From NCBI GenBank assembly GCA_031283085.1, contig JAITCM010000081.1, positions 1 through 11,393 on the forward strand: DNA of 11,393 bases. Reading direction: 5' to 3'. Of this stretch, positions 1-7,574 are shown piece by piece. The stretch is from Chitinispirillales bacterium. GTDB lineage: Bacteria; Fibrobacterota; Chitinivibrionia; Chitinivibrionales; Chitinispirillaceae. How positions within the stretch are numbered: position 1 is the stretch's first letter; each line of letters opens with the position of its first letter. A program made the translations under genes and the position numbers. Below the pieces are notes generated by a model. The model ran no database searches, was not told where the DNA came from, and was given only the letters and a program-made list of their open reading frames with translations.

Positions 1-708
1 GAATTGCGCGGCGACAGGCGCTTCGGGGACGACAGGGCGCTCATCGGCGGCTTTGCCAGGCTCGATGCCCAGAAAGTCATGCTCATCGGACACAGCAAGG
101 GCAAAAATATAGAGGAGAACGTCAGGCGCAATTTCGGGATGGCGAAGCCGGAGGGTTACCGGAAAGCGTTGCGTTTGATGCGGCTTGCCGAGAAGTTCAA
201 CGTGCCGGTAGTCTCATTAATAGACACTGCCGGCGCCTACCCCGGCCTTGACGCGGAGCAGCGCGGCCAGGCCGAGGCCATCGCGAGGAACCTGACCGAG
301 ATGGCGAAATTGGAGGTGCCGGTAGTCGCCACAGTAACCGGCGAGGGCGGCAGCGGCGGCGCGCTGGGCATAGGCGTGGCCGACTCGGTGCTAATGCTCT
401 CAAACGCCGTATACTCGGTAATATCCCCGGAGGGCTGCGCGTCAATACTGTGGCGCGACGCCTCATACTCGGCGCAAGCCGCGGAGAGCCTGAAAATCAC
501 GGCGAAGTCGCTCCTATCCTTAGGAGTAATAGACGAAATAGTAAAAGAACCTACAGGCGGCGCCCATAGTAACCACCAAGCCACAGCCAACGCAATAAAA
601 TCGGCAGTCCTGAAACACTTAAAAAAGTTGATACCGCTGTCGCCGCAGAAATTGATACAGAGGCGGTTTGAAAAGTTTTCGGAAATGGGAAAGTTTACTA
701 AGGGTTAA
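1..708 (+). CDS. accA: Acetyl-CoA carboxylase carboxyltransferase alpha subunit (AccA), 5'-truncated by the window edge
   Basis: Translation [22 protein letters not shown]...[18 protein letters not shown]...IDT.GAYPG..AE.RGQ.EAIARNL.EM..L.VP.....GEGGSGGAL is collinear with the conserved core of bacterial AccA. The frame is open to base 1, so there is no true start in the window; the track's M at 4 is a TTG. The stop codon ends at 708. Confidence 0.9.
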   Translation, partial: ELRGDRRFGDDRALIGGFARLDAQKVMLIGHSKGKNIEENVRRNFGMAKPEGYRKALRLMRLAEKFNVPVVSLIDTAGAYPGLDAEQRGQAEAIARNLTEMAKLEVPVVATVTGEGGSGGALGIGVADSVLMLSNAVYSVISPEGCASILWRDASYSAQAAESLKITAKSLLSLGVIDEIVKEPTGGAHSNHQATANAIKSAVLKHLKKLIPLSPQKLIQRRFEKFSEMGKFTKG

Positions 709-896
709 TCGGTAGCCATATTTAATGACGGGCGGGGGAGTTATTTTTGAGCGTTATGGCATAAATAAATCGGATGCGAAAATCGGGGATAAGACAATGG
801 GTATAAAGCAGGATTTATTCGGATTCCCGGAAGTTAAAGCCGGTGGAAAGAACGTTGTTCGATTAACAGGTATAGACGATGTAATCATAGCGGTTA

Positions 897-956
897 GTTA
901 CAAGTTACAAGGTACACTGCCTTTACACGTTTTCCTTGTAACTATAATCTTGTAAC
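897..956 (+). promoter_or_regulatory. Putative sigma70-type promoter embedded in an inverted-repeat operator. -35 TTTACA at 922-927, 15-nt spacer, -10 TATAAT at 943-948. GTTACAAG-TTACAAGG lies at 897-912 and CCTTGTAAC..CTTGTAAC at 934-942 and 949-956.
   Basis: Read directly. TATAAT is bracketed by two copies of CTTGTAAC. These are reverse complements of the tandem GTTACAAG/TTACAAGG copies about 22 bp upstream. An RBS AAGGA at 982-986 and an ATG at 995 follow. Confidence 0.4.
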
Positions 957-994
957 TGCCTTTAACTTTGACTTTAAAAACAAGGACGCACGTA

Positions 995-3046
995 ATGGCC
1001 ATTACCGGAAAGTTAAAGACGGAAGACCTGCTTCACAAAATACCGTTGCGCATAACCGACACGACGCTGCGCGACGCGCATCAGTCGCTTTGGGCGACGC
1101 GCATGCGCACCGAAGACATCCTCGGCATCGTTGACGTTGTGGACAACGTCGGCTACTACTCGCTTGAGGCGTGGGGGGGCGCCACCTTCGACGTTTGCCT
1201 GCGCTTTCTGCGCGAGAATCCCTGGGAGCGCCTGCGCCTCATAAAGTCCAAGGCTAAGAACACGCCGCTGCAAATGTTGCTGCGCGGGCAAAACCTTGTG
1301 GGTTACCGCAACTACGCCGACGATGTCGTGGACAGGTTTGTCGCTCTCGCCTGCAAAAACGGCATCGACATCTTCCGCGTCTTTGACGCGCTGAACGACA
1401 CCAGGAATTTGGAGGCCGCGATTAAGGCCGTCAAGAAACACGGCGCCCACGCCCAGGGCACGCTGGCCTACACTATATCCCCCGTCCATACCGTTGAAAA
1501 GTATGTCCAATACGCGAAGGAACAGCTCGAACTCGGCATTGACTCGCTTTGCGTTAAGGATATGGCCGGCATCCTCTCGCCGATAATGGCGGAGCGCCTG
1601 GTATCGGCTCTCGTCAAGGAGCTGGACATCCCGGTTCAGCTGCATTGCCACGCGTCAAGCGGCATGGGCACCGCCGCCTACGTTGAGGGTGTGCGCGCCG
1701 GCGCCGGAGCCATTGACTGCGCCATATCGTCTATGGCCGGCACCTCATCACAGCCGCCGGTCGAGACCATGGCGGCCATCTTCTCCGAGACCAATTATTC
1801 CGCCGGATTGGACGTGGAGGCGCTTGACAGGGTTGCCAAGTACTTTACCGACCTCGCCCCGCGCCGCAGCGTGGCGCCGCCCTCTGTGGTACCCATAGAC
1901 CCCGGCATCCTGATACACCAGATACCCGGCGGAATGATTTCAAACTTTCGCTCGCAGCTGCAAATGCAGAAGGCGCTCGACAAACTGCCGCAGGTGCTCC
2001 AGGAGGTCAGCCGCGTGCGCGAGGACTTGGGCTACCCGCCGCTGGTTACCCCCACAAGCCAGATAGTAGGTACGCAGGCGGTGATGAACATCTTATCGGG
2101 CGAACGCTACAAGATTGTGCCCAACGAGGTGAAAGATTACGTAAAGGGCCTGTACGGAAGGTCTCCGGTGCCGATTGATAAAGGCATGATAAAGAAAATA
2201 TTGGGGGACGAGAAGCCCATAAACTATCGCCCCGCCGACAAAATCGCGCCAATGCTCCCCAAGGCGACCGACGGCGTGAATCCCGCGCTTATCAACGCCG
2301 AGGAAGACATCCTTTCATACGTGCTGTTGCCCGAACCGGCGCTTGAGTACTTCAAGTGGAGGGCGGCGCCCGCCGGCGAGCGTCCGGAGATTCCAGCCGA
2401 CGCGGAGATAAGAAAGGCTAATGGCGGCATCGGTGATAAAACACAGATATCCGCACAGTCGCAAACGCCGCCGCAGGCGTCGGCACAGGCGTCATCGGTA
2501 TCAATGTTGACGCCGCAAATACCCATAGACGGCCTTGCCGCCGAGTTAATCGGCAAGATTGGCGGCCTTGTCATAGAGGAGATAGTCTTCCGAAAGGGCG
2601 ACTCGACAATATCAGTAAAATCCCACGCGGTTTCGCAAGCGCCGGCGGCAAAGCCGTTTATTGATACCCCCGCCGCGTCCGCGGCGGTTCCGCCGCCTCC
2701 ATCCGCGTATTCGTCGATAACGCAGGCATTGCCGCCGTCAACCGCGCAACCCGCGCCGCCGTCCGCGGCGGAAGAGCCGCCCGCCGCCCGCGGGCAAACG
2801 ATAAAAGCGCCGTTAGTCGGGACTTTCTACTCTTCTCCCGGCCCCGGAAAATCCGCTTTTGTCAAGGAGGGCGACATCGTGGAGAAGGGGGCGAAAGTGT
2901 GCATAGTGGAGGCGATGAAGCTCTTCAACGAAATCTCCGCGCCGGCGCGTTGTAAGATAGTGAAGATGCTGGTGGCCGACGGGACGGCTGTCGACAAGGA
3001 CCAGGAATTGATTGGGATTGAGGAGATGGGGCATGATATTATTTAG
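995..3046 (+). CDS. Biotin-dependent carboxyltransferase 5S subunit fused to a C-terminal biotin carboxyl carrier domain. This is the oxaloacetate decarboxylase alpha / pyruvate carboxylase subunit B / methylmalonyl-CoA carboxyltransferase 5S family.
   Basis: N-terminus carries the HMGL-like pyruvate carboxyltransferase signature ITDTTLRDAHQSL and the downstream HCH motif (LHCHASSGMG). A Pro/Ala-rich linker spans about aa 560-610. The C-terminus has the biotinylation motif CIVEAMKLFNEI, which is BCCP-like. RBS AAGGA sits 8 nt before the ATG at 995. The track's ORF starts at a TTG at 968, which is less likely. Confidence 0.88.
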   Translation: MAITGKLKTEDLLHKIPLRITDTTLRDAHQSLWATRMRTEDILGIVDVVDNVGYYSLEAWGGATFDVCLRFLRENPWERLRLIKSKAKNTPLQMLLRGQNLVGYRNYADDVVDRFVALACKNGIDIFRVFDALNDTRNLEAAIKAVKKHGAHAQGTLAYTISPVHTVEKYVQYAKEQLELGIDSLCVKDMAGILSPIMAERLVSALVKELDIPVQLHCHASSGMGTAAYVEGVRAGAGAIDCAISSMAGTSSQPPVETMAAIFSETNYSAGLDVEALDRVAKYFTDLAPRRSVAPPSVVPIDPGILIHQIPGGMISNFRSQLQMQKALDKLPQVLQEVSRVREDLGYPPLVTPTSQIVGTQAVMNILSGERYKIVPNEVKDYVKGLYGRSPVPIDKGMIKKILGDEKPINYRPADKIAPMLPKATDGVNPALINAEEDILSYVLLPEPALEYFKWRAAPAGERPEIPADAEIRKANGGIGDKTQISAQSQTPPQASAQASSVSMLTPQIPIDGLAAELIGKIGGLVIEEIVFRKGDSTISVKSHAVSQAPAAKPFIDTPAASAAVPPPPSAYSSITQALPPSTAQPAPPSAAEEPPAARGQTIKAPLVGTFYSSPGPGKSAFVKEGDIVEKGAKVCIVEAMKLFNEISAPARCKIVKMLVADGTAVDKDQELIGIEEMGHDII

Positions 3047-4124
3047 ACATAAAATCCTGCCCCCCCTTAGGCCCCATAGTGTTCCTTGTCCCGTCGACAT
3101 TTTTAAACGACCCGCCCGGATCGCCGGCGTTTATGCAGGGGGAGTATTTTGACAGTTGCCTTGTCTCGCTCCCTATCGTAGTCGCCTCTTTCAGCGTCGG
3201 TTTGCGGAATTGCAGGTTCGGTATATGCAGGATTTTCTTATTTTCCACCTTCGTCGAGTCGGTCTGCAACAGTATGTCGATATCTATCGCCCTGGCCTCC
3301 GCCTCGGAACCCATAAAAATCGGGTCGGCGACGATGTTGCCGTAGGCGTCGGTGGAGTCCCTGTTCTTGACGCCGCGCGCGAGCTTGCCCAAATCCGGGT
3401 CGCAGTCTAAAAAATTCCTGTCTGTGTTGCCGAATACGCAGTTGTACTTGAAGACGATTTTTGACTTGTCGTCGCACCACAGCCCGGCGTTGTTGTTGAA
3501 CACGATGATGTTGTTGACGATTTGCGGGTTGCTATTCTCTATCTTTATGCCGGCGGTGAAACAGCTTGATATCAGGTTGTTGTAAATCTTAGGCTGTCCT
3601 CCGCCGACGCAGTGAATGCCTATATTGGAGTTTTCCAGCGCGTTGTTCCGCAGAAGCGAATTTGAGTTTTTGACGGTTATGGCCGCCGCCGCTCCCGATA
3701 TCTCCGTGAACGCGATTTCGGTGTACCTGCTGTCGGCCTCGTCTAAGATTATCCCTCGCCATGAGTAGTCGGCCAACGCCGTCCTCTCCGGCGTGATGAC
3801 GATGGGGTTGCTCCTTCTGCCGACGCAGCTTATGGAGCCGAGAACGCGGATAGAGAACAGGGTGGAGTCGGCTTTGTCGAACGGCTTGGTCAAAAAGCCT
3901 GTCTTCGTTCCGCTCTTTATGATGATACGCGTACCCTGGGCGATAACGAGGTTGGCCATCCTCGTTATGAGCAGGTCGCCCTCGACAATGTAAGGCCCGT
4001 CCTCCGCCTTCCACCGCGTCTCGCGGTCGATGATTCCGCTCACCGACCGCTCGCCGCAGGCTTGAAAGAACAGTACCGCGGTCACGCAGATTATCAATGA
4101 CGCCATGATAAAGGAGTTTTTCAT
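3039..4124 (-). CDS. Secreted right-handed parallel beta-helix repeat protein (PbH1 / pectin-lyase-fold, NosD-like); possibly a lipoprotein
   Basis: N-terminal signal peptide MKNSFIMASLIICVTAVLFFQAC-G. The Cys could be a lipobox-like acylation site or an SPase I site. Repeated N-x-x-I-x-N / V-x-N-N segments (LRNNALENSNIGIHCVGGG..IYNNLISSC..IKIENSNPQIVNNIIVFNNNAG) are typical of PbH1 beta-helix rungs. The C-terminal SPCINAGDP is common in this fold family. The gene begins 17 nt downstream of the MoxR stop on the same strand. Confidence 0.75.
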   Translation of the reverse strand: MKNSFIMASLIICVTAVLFFQACGERSVSGIIDRETRWKAEDGPYIVEGDLLITRMANLVIAQGTRIIIKSGTKTGFLTKPFDKADSTLFSIRVLGSISCVGRRSNPIVITPERTALADYSWRGIILDEADSRYTEIAFTEISGAAAAITVKNSNSLLRNNALENSNIGIHCVGGGQPKIYNNLISSCFTAGIKIENSNPQIVNNIIVFNNNAGLWCDDKSKIVFKYNCVFGNTDRNFLDCDPDLGKLARGVKNRDSTDAYGNIVADPIFMGSEAEARAIDIDILLQTDSTKVENKKILHIPNLQFRKPTLKEATTIGSETRQLSKYSPCINAGDPGGSFKNVDGTRNTMGPKGGQDFMSK

Positions 4125-4141
4125 TTTTTTGGCCGTCCCTG

Positions 4142-5131
4142 CTACGGTACTTCCACGCTGTCAAAAATTTTCTGCACTATCTGTTCCGAGGTTATGTTTT
4201 CCGCTTCCGCTTCGTAAGTGGTTATCACTCTGTGCCTCAGTATGTCCATCCCCACCGATTTTATGTCTTCCGGGGTAACGTATCCGCGGCCTCGGATGAA
4301 GGCGTGGGCTTTGGCGGCTCTGGTAAGGAACAGGGTGGCGCGCGGGGAGGCGCCGTAGGATATTAGGGACTTCATGTCGTTTAAGCCCACCGCCTCCGGC
4401 TCTCTGGTGGCGAAGACTATGTTTACGATGTACTCTTCCACCTTGGAGTCCATGTATATCTCGTTGACCAGCTTTCTGGCCGCCAGCAGCTTCTCCACCT
4501 TTATTATCGGGCTGACCTCCGGTATCGGCCCGGCCGCCATCCGTTTCAATATCTCCCTCTCCTCGTCGCGTGAGGGGTAGACGACCTTGAGCTTCAGCAT
4601 GAAGCGGTCAACCTGCGCTTCGGGCAGGGGATAGGTGCCCTCCTGTTCTATGGGGTTCTGCGTGGCTAATACCAGGAAGGGTTCCTCCAGCTTGTAGCAC
4701 TCGTCGCCGATGGTTACCTGGCACTCCTGCATGGCTTCGAGAAGAGCGCTCTGCACTTTCGCCGGGGCGCGGTTGATTTCGTCGGCAAGGACTATGTTGG
4801 AGAAGATGGGGCCTTTCTTAGGCACGAACTCCCCGCTTTTTTGGTTGTAGACCATCGTTCCCACGATGTCCGCCGGCAATAGGTCGGGTGTAAACTGTAT
4901 CCGCTTGAAGCCTGTGTCCACCGCCCTGGCGAGTGTCGATATGGCCAGCGTCTTGGCCAGTCCCGGCACCCCCTCAAGAAGTATGTGGCCGCGCGTAAGA
5001 AGCCCCACAAGGAGCCTGTCGACCATCTTTGACTGCCCCACGATGACCTTGGCCATCTCCGCCTTAAGGAGGGAGACGAAGCTGCTCTCCTCCTTCACCC
5101 GTTCGTTCAGTTCGGTGATATCCGTGCTCAT
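4142..5131 (-). CDS. MoxR-family AAA+ ATPase
   Basis: Walker A LLEGVPGLAKT, Walker B VLADEINRA and the sensor region KVQSALLEAMQE are present. The roughly 320-aa length is typical of MoxR proper. Start chosen at the ATG at 5131 (MSTDITEL...), preceded by GGAGG 7 nt upstream. The track's longer ORF from 5149 would put the RBS inside the coding sequence. Confidence 0.9.
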   Translation of the reverse strand: MSTDITELNERVKEESSFVSLLKAEMAKVIVGQSKMVDRLLVGLLTRGHILLEGVPGLAKTLAISTLARAVDTGFKRIQFTPDLLPADIVGTMVYNQKSGEFVPKKGPIFSNIVLADEINRAPAKVQSALLEAMQECQVTIGDECYKLEEPFLVLATQNPIEQEGTYPLPEAQVDRFMLKLKVVYPSRDEEREILKRMAAGPIPEVSPIIKVEKLLAARKLVNEIYMDSKVEEYIVNIVFATREPEAVGLNDMKSLISYGASPRATLFLTRAAKAHAFIRGRGYVTPEDIKSVGMDILRHRVITTYEAEAENITSEQIVQKIFDSVEVP

Positions 5132-5235
5132 GTAACGCCTCCAAAACATTAAAAAGTCGAATTTTTTAAATCAAAATCTCTTGGAATAAAACCCGGCATT
5201 GACATATATTACTAAAAAATTAACACTTACCGTTG

Positions 5236-5244
5236 TGTTATAAT
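5236..5244 (+). promoter_or_regulatory. Extended -10 element TGTTATAAT. It is a candidate promoter for the STAS/AI-2E/dfx genes, within a 200-bp AT-rich region divergent from moxR.
   Basis: Read directly: TG-T-TATAAT at 5236-5244, about 110 nt upstream of the RBS GGGAGG at 5342-5347. A consensus TTGACA at 5199-5204 is 34 nt upstream, too far to pair with this -10 in a single sigma70 promoter, so the -10 probably acts in extended mode. Confidence 0.35.
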
Positions 5245-5353
5245 ATATTTTTATGAGAGCATCAACTTAATAAAATAATTTTTTTCCGGGACAGATGTAT
5301 TAAAATTTGAAAATAAACGGTCTAACACAATTTTAACATTAGGGAGGCGCATT

Positions 5354-5845
5354 ATGCCTATGGATTTCACCGTTACCGAAATAAGCGGTTTCATGGTAAT
5401 CAAACCCGTCGGTCGCGTTGACTGGGAGGGGGCGCGGTTTTTAGACAAGGAGGTCCAGCGGTTGATAGACGCCGGGCATATCTTAATTGTGTTCAATTTG
5501 GACGAGGTTAACTTTATTTGCAGCGGCGGCATCGGCGCCCTTGTCTACAACCGGAACAAGCTTATGCATTTGGGCGGGGCGGTTTACGTAATCGCCGATA
5601 ACGAGTACATAGCCTACGTTTTTGAGGCGCTCAAGTTCGACATGATTTTTGAGGGTTATCTGTTCAAGACATTTGAGGAGTTCTCGGTGGCGGTGCTTGG
5701 CGGCGACGAGGATGCCGAGAAGCCCAAGGCGTCCAAAAAAGCGGCGGCGAACGGGGGGGCGGCGCCACAAAAAGCGGCGGTAACCAGGGTGGCGGCCAAG
5801 AAAGCCGTGCCGTCCAGGGTGGCCAAGAAGGCCAAAAAAAGTTAG
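5354..5845 (+). CDS. STAS-domain protein (anti-sigma-factor antagonist / SpoIIAA fold) with a C-terminal Lys/Ala-rich histone-H1-like tail
   Basis: Residues 1-120 have the STAS pattern, with the ...LDEVNFICSGGIGALV... block equivalent to the DSSGLG phosphorylation loop. The last 45 aa (EKPKASKKAAANGGAAPQKAAVTRVAAKKAVPSRVAKKAKKS) are low-complexity K/A/P-rich. RBS GGGAGG sits 6 nt upstream. Confidence 0.8.
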   Translation: MPMDFTVTEISGFMVIKPVGRVDWEGARFLDKEVQRLIDAGHILIVFNLDEVNFICSGGIGALVYNRNKLMHLGGAVYVIADNEYIAYVFEALKFDMIFEGYLFKTFEEFSVAVLGGDEDAEKPKASKKAAANGGAAPQKAAVTRVAAKKAVPSRVAKKAKKS

Positions 5846-5940
5846 CCGGGGTTTTTCGTACCTGACTTTGCGCAGACGAAAAATGGCGGCAGGCATTTGG
5901 AATGATGTCGTCCGTAAAGGGCGGCGGAGGCATTGCGATT

Positions 5941-7038
5941 ATGGTAAAAAAATACACCGATTGGCTCGTGAGAAGCCTCATAATCGTCGGTCTGCTCTAC
6001 GTCGGCAAGCCGGTGCTGATGCCCCTTGTGCTGGCCGTGTTTATATGGTATCTCATCAATATACTCACGGACGTCATAGTCAAGCCGCGTAAGTGGAATC
6101 CCATAAAGATGCCGCGCCCGCTCGCGTTTACCGTAGCGCTCTGCATCATCTTCGGCGCGATGACACTCGCCACGTGGATAATTATGACAAATATTACCCA
6201 CGTGGCGGCGGTGGTGCCCGCATACCAGTACAACCTTGAACAGATGAGCCGGCGCGTCCTCTCCATGATACCGTGGGCCGAACCGCTCACTATCAAGAAA
6301 CTGCTGGTCGACGTCGACTTCAGCTCCATGGCCCGCGTCGCCGTCCGTCAAGTCACAGACGCTTTCGGCAAGGGCGCTTTCGTCATAATATACCTAATAT
6401 TCCTGTTCATGGAGCAGCAGAGCTTCGGGAAGAAATTTTTGGCGCTTACGCCAAAGTCCGATAACCGCGAGGAGGTGATGGCCATCATCGCCCGCATAAA
6501 CTCCGACATACGCGCGTACATCGGCATCAAGACTCTCGCGAGCCTTGTCACGGCGGCGGCCGGCTACGTGGTCTTCGCGAGCGTAGGGCTCAATTTCGCC
6601 AGCTTTTGGACATTCCTGCTCTTTGTGTTTAACTACGTACCCATCATAGGCTCAATAGTGGCGACCGCCCTGCCGGCGCTATTCGCCCTTATGCAATACG
6701 AGAGCCTGGGCCCGTTCTTCGTGGTGCTTATCGGCATAATAATCATACAGCAAACCGTAGGCAGCATCATCGAACCCAGATTCTTGGGCGACAAGCTCAA
6801 CCTGAGCCCGCTGGTAATCCTGCTCTCCTTAGCCACGTGGAACCTGATTTGGGGCATCCCCGGAATGCTGATGTGCGTGCCGCTCACCGCCATCGTCGTA
6901 ATCATCTTTTCCTACTTCCCGCAGACCAGGCCCATAGCCGTGGTGCTGTCGCGGAACGGGAACATTATAGGCGTGAGGGCAATGGAGAAGGCGCAGAAGG
7001 AACAAAGCCAAAGCGACGGCCGATGTCAAGATAATTAG
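5941..7038 (+). CDS. AI-2E family transporter (PerM / TqsA / YdiK-like, UPF0118)
   Basis: Multi-pass membrane protein with the family-typical NYVPIIGSIVATALPALFAL block, a conserved GIPG loop and about 8 TM segments. Start preferred at the ATG at 5941 (MVKKYTDW), with GGAGG 10 nt upstream. The track's ORF begins at 5902. Confidence 0.85.
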   Translation: MVKKYTDWLVRSLIIVGLLYVGKPVLMPLVLAVFIWYLINILTDVIVKPRKWNPIKMPRPLAFTVALCIIFGAMTLATWIIMTNITHVAAVVPAYQYNLEQMSRRVLSMIPWAEPLTIKKLLVDVDFSSMARVAVRQVTDAFGKGAFVIIYLIFLFMEQQSFGKKFLALTPKSDNREEVMAIIARINSDIRAYIGIKTLASLVTAAAGYVVFASVGLNFASFWTFLLFVFNYVPIIGSIVATALPALFALMQYESLGPFFVVLIGIIIIQQTVGSIIEPRFLGDKLNLSPLVILLSLATWNLIWGIPGMLMCVPLTAIVVIIFSYFPQTRPIAVVLSRNGNIIGVRAMEKAQKEQSQSDGRCQDN

Positions 7039-7107
7039 GGCGGTTTCGACCACGCAACCGCCAACGTTCACAAATCACCAAAAATAATAAATAAGGAGGA
7101 TATTACC

Positions 7108-7491
7108 ATGAAACCAAGCCAAAAGTTTTTCATCTGCAAACACTGCGGAAACATGACAGGCGCGGTCGTCAATAGCGGCGCTCCTGTCTCATGTTGCGGT
7201 GAAAACATGAAGGAACTCGTGCCCAATACGGTAGACGCCAGCAAGGAGAAACACCTCCCGGTCGTTACCGTGTCGGGCGGCGGCATAAGCGTAGCCGTAG
7301 GCAGCGCGGCCCATCCCATGGAAGAGGCGCACCACATTGATTTCATCTACGTGGAAACCGAACGCGGCGGACAGCGCAAAGCGCTGAAAACGGGCGAAAA
7401 GCCGTCGTTGGAGTTCTCCTTCGCGGATGATAAGCCCATCGCCGTTTACGCGTACTGCAACCTCCACGGGCTGTGGAGGACGGAGGTCTGA
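7108..7491 (+). CDS. dfx: Desulfoferrodoxin (2Fe superoxide reductase)
   Basis: N-terminal desulforedoxin-like centre C-x-x-C...C-C (CKHCGN...CCGE). C-terminal neelaredoxin centre with EKHLPV, HPMEEAHHI and CNLHGLW ligands. The sequence is collinear with Desulfovibrio Dfx. Strong RBS AAGGAGGA lies 8 nt upstream. Confidence 0.92.
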   Translation: MKPSQKFFICKHCGNMTGAVVNSGAPVSCCGENMKELVPNTVDASKEKHLPVVTVSGGGISVAVGSAAHPMEEAHHIDFIYVETERGGQRKALKTGEKPSLEFSFADDKPIAVYAYCNLHGLWRTEV

Positions 7492-7545
7492 AAGGCGGGT
7501 TTCGACGAAAAAGCCGTCCGGCGCGACGAAGCGGTGAAAGACATT

Positions 7546-7574
7546 CGGAAAGAGGCGGGCGCCGCTTTCCGTTT
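7546..7574 (+). terminator. Putative intrinsic terminator downstream of dfx
   Basis: GC-rich hairpin GGAAAGAGGCGG-gcg-CCGCTTTCC at 7546-7569, followed by GTTTT. It abuts the hisF stop on the other strand. Confidence 0.4.

Noticed and set aside
725-955. 76-aa ORF in the accA/carboxyltransferase spacer
   Set aside because: The region is about 40% GC against about 60% for neighbouring genes. It has no RBS, it is overlapped by the promoter/operator repeats, and the peptide is low-complexity with no recognisable fold signature. I treat it as noncoding regulatory sequence.
3589-4164. 191-aa Arg-rich ORF antisense to the beta-helix gene, and similar Arg/Pro-rich ORFs (197-466, 5483-5896, 7797-8336, 10302-10694)
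   Set aside because: These are typical shadow ORFs on the opposite strand of GC-rich genes. They are extremely R/P/G-rich, have no RBS and are fully contained within well-supported genes.
5199-5244. TTGACA at 5199 paired with TATAAT at 5239 as one sigma70 promoter
   Set aside because: The spacing is 34 nt, incompatible with a single -35/-10 pair. The TGTTATAAT extended -10 probably works on its own, or these are two separate promoters.
5301-5336. TTAAAATT / AATTTTAA 8-bp inverted repeat upstream of the STAS gene
   Set aside because: It lies in a region of about 25% GC where such AT palindromes arise by chance. I note it only as a weak candidate operator.
5846-5940. Possible terminator between the STAS gene and the AI-2E gene
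   Set aside because: GGCC...GCCGGGGTTTTT has a T-run but no convincing complementary stem. Co-transcription seems more likely.
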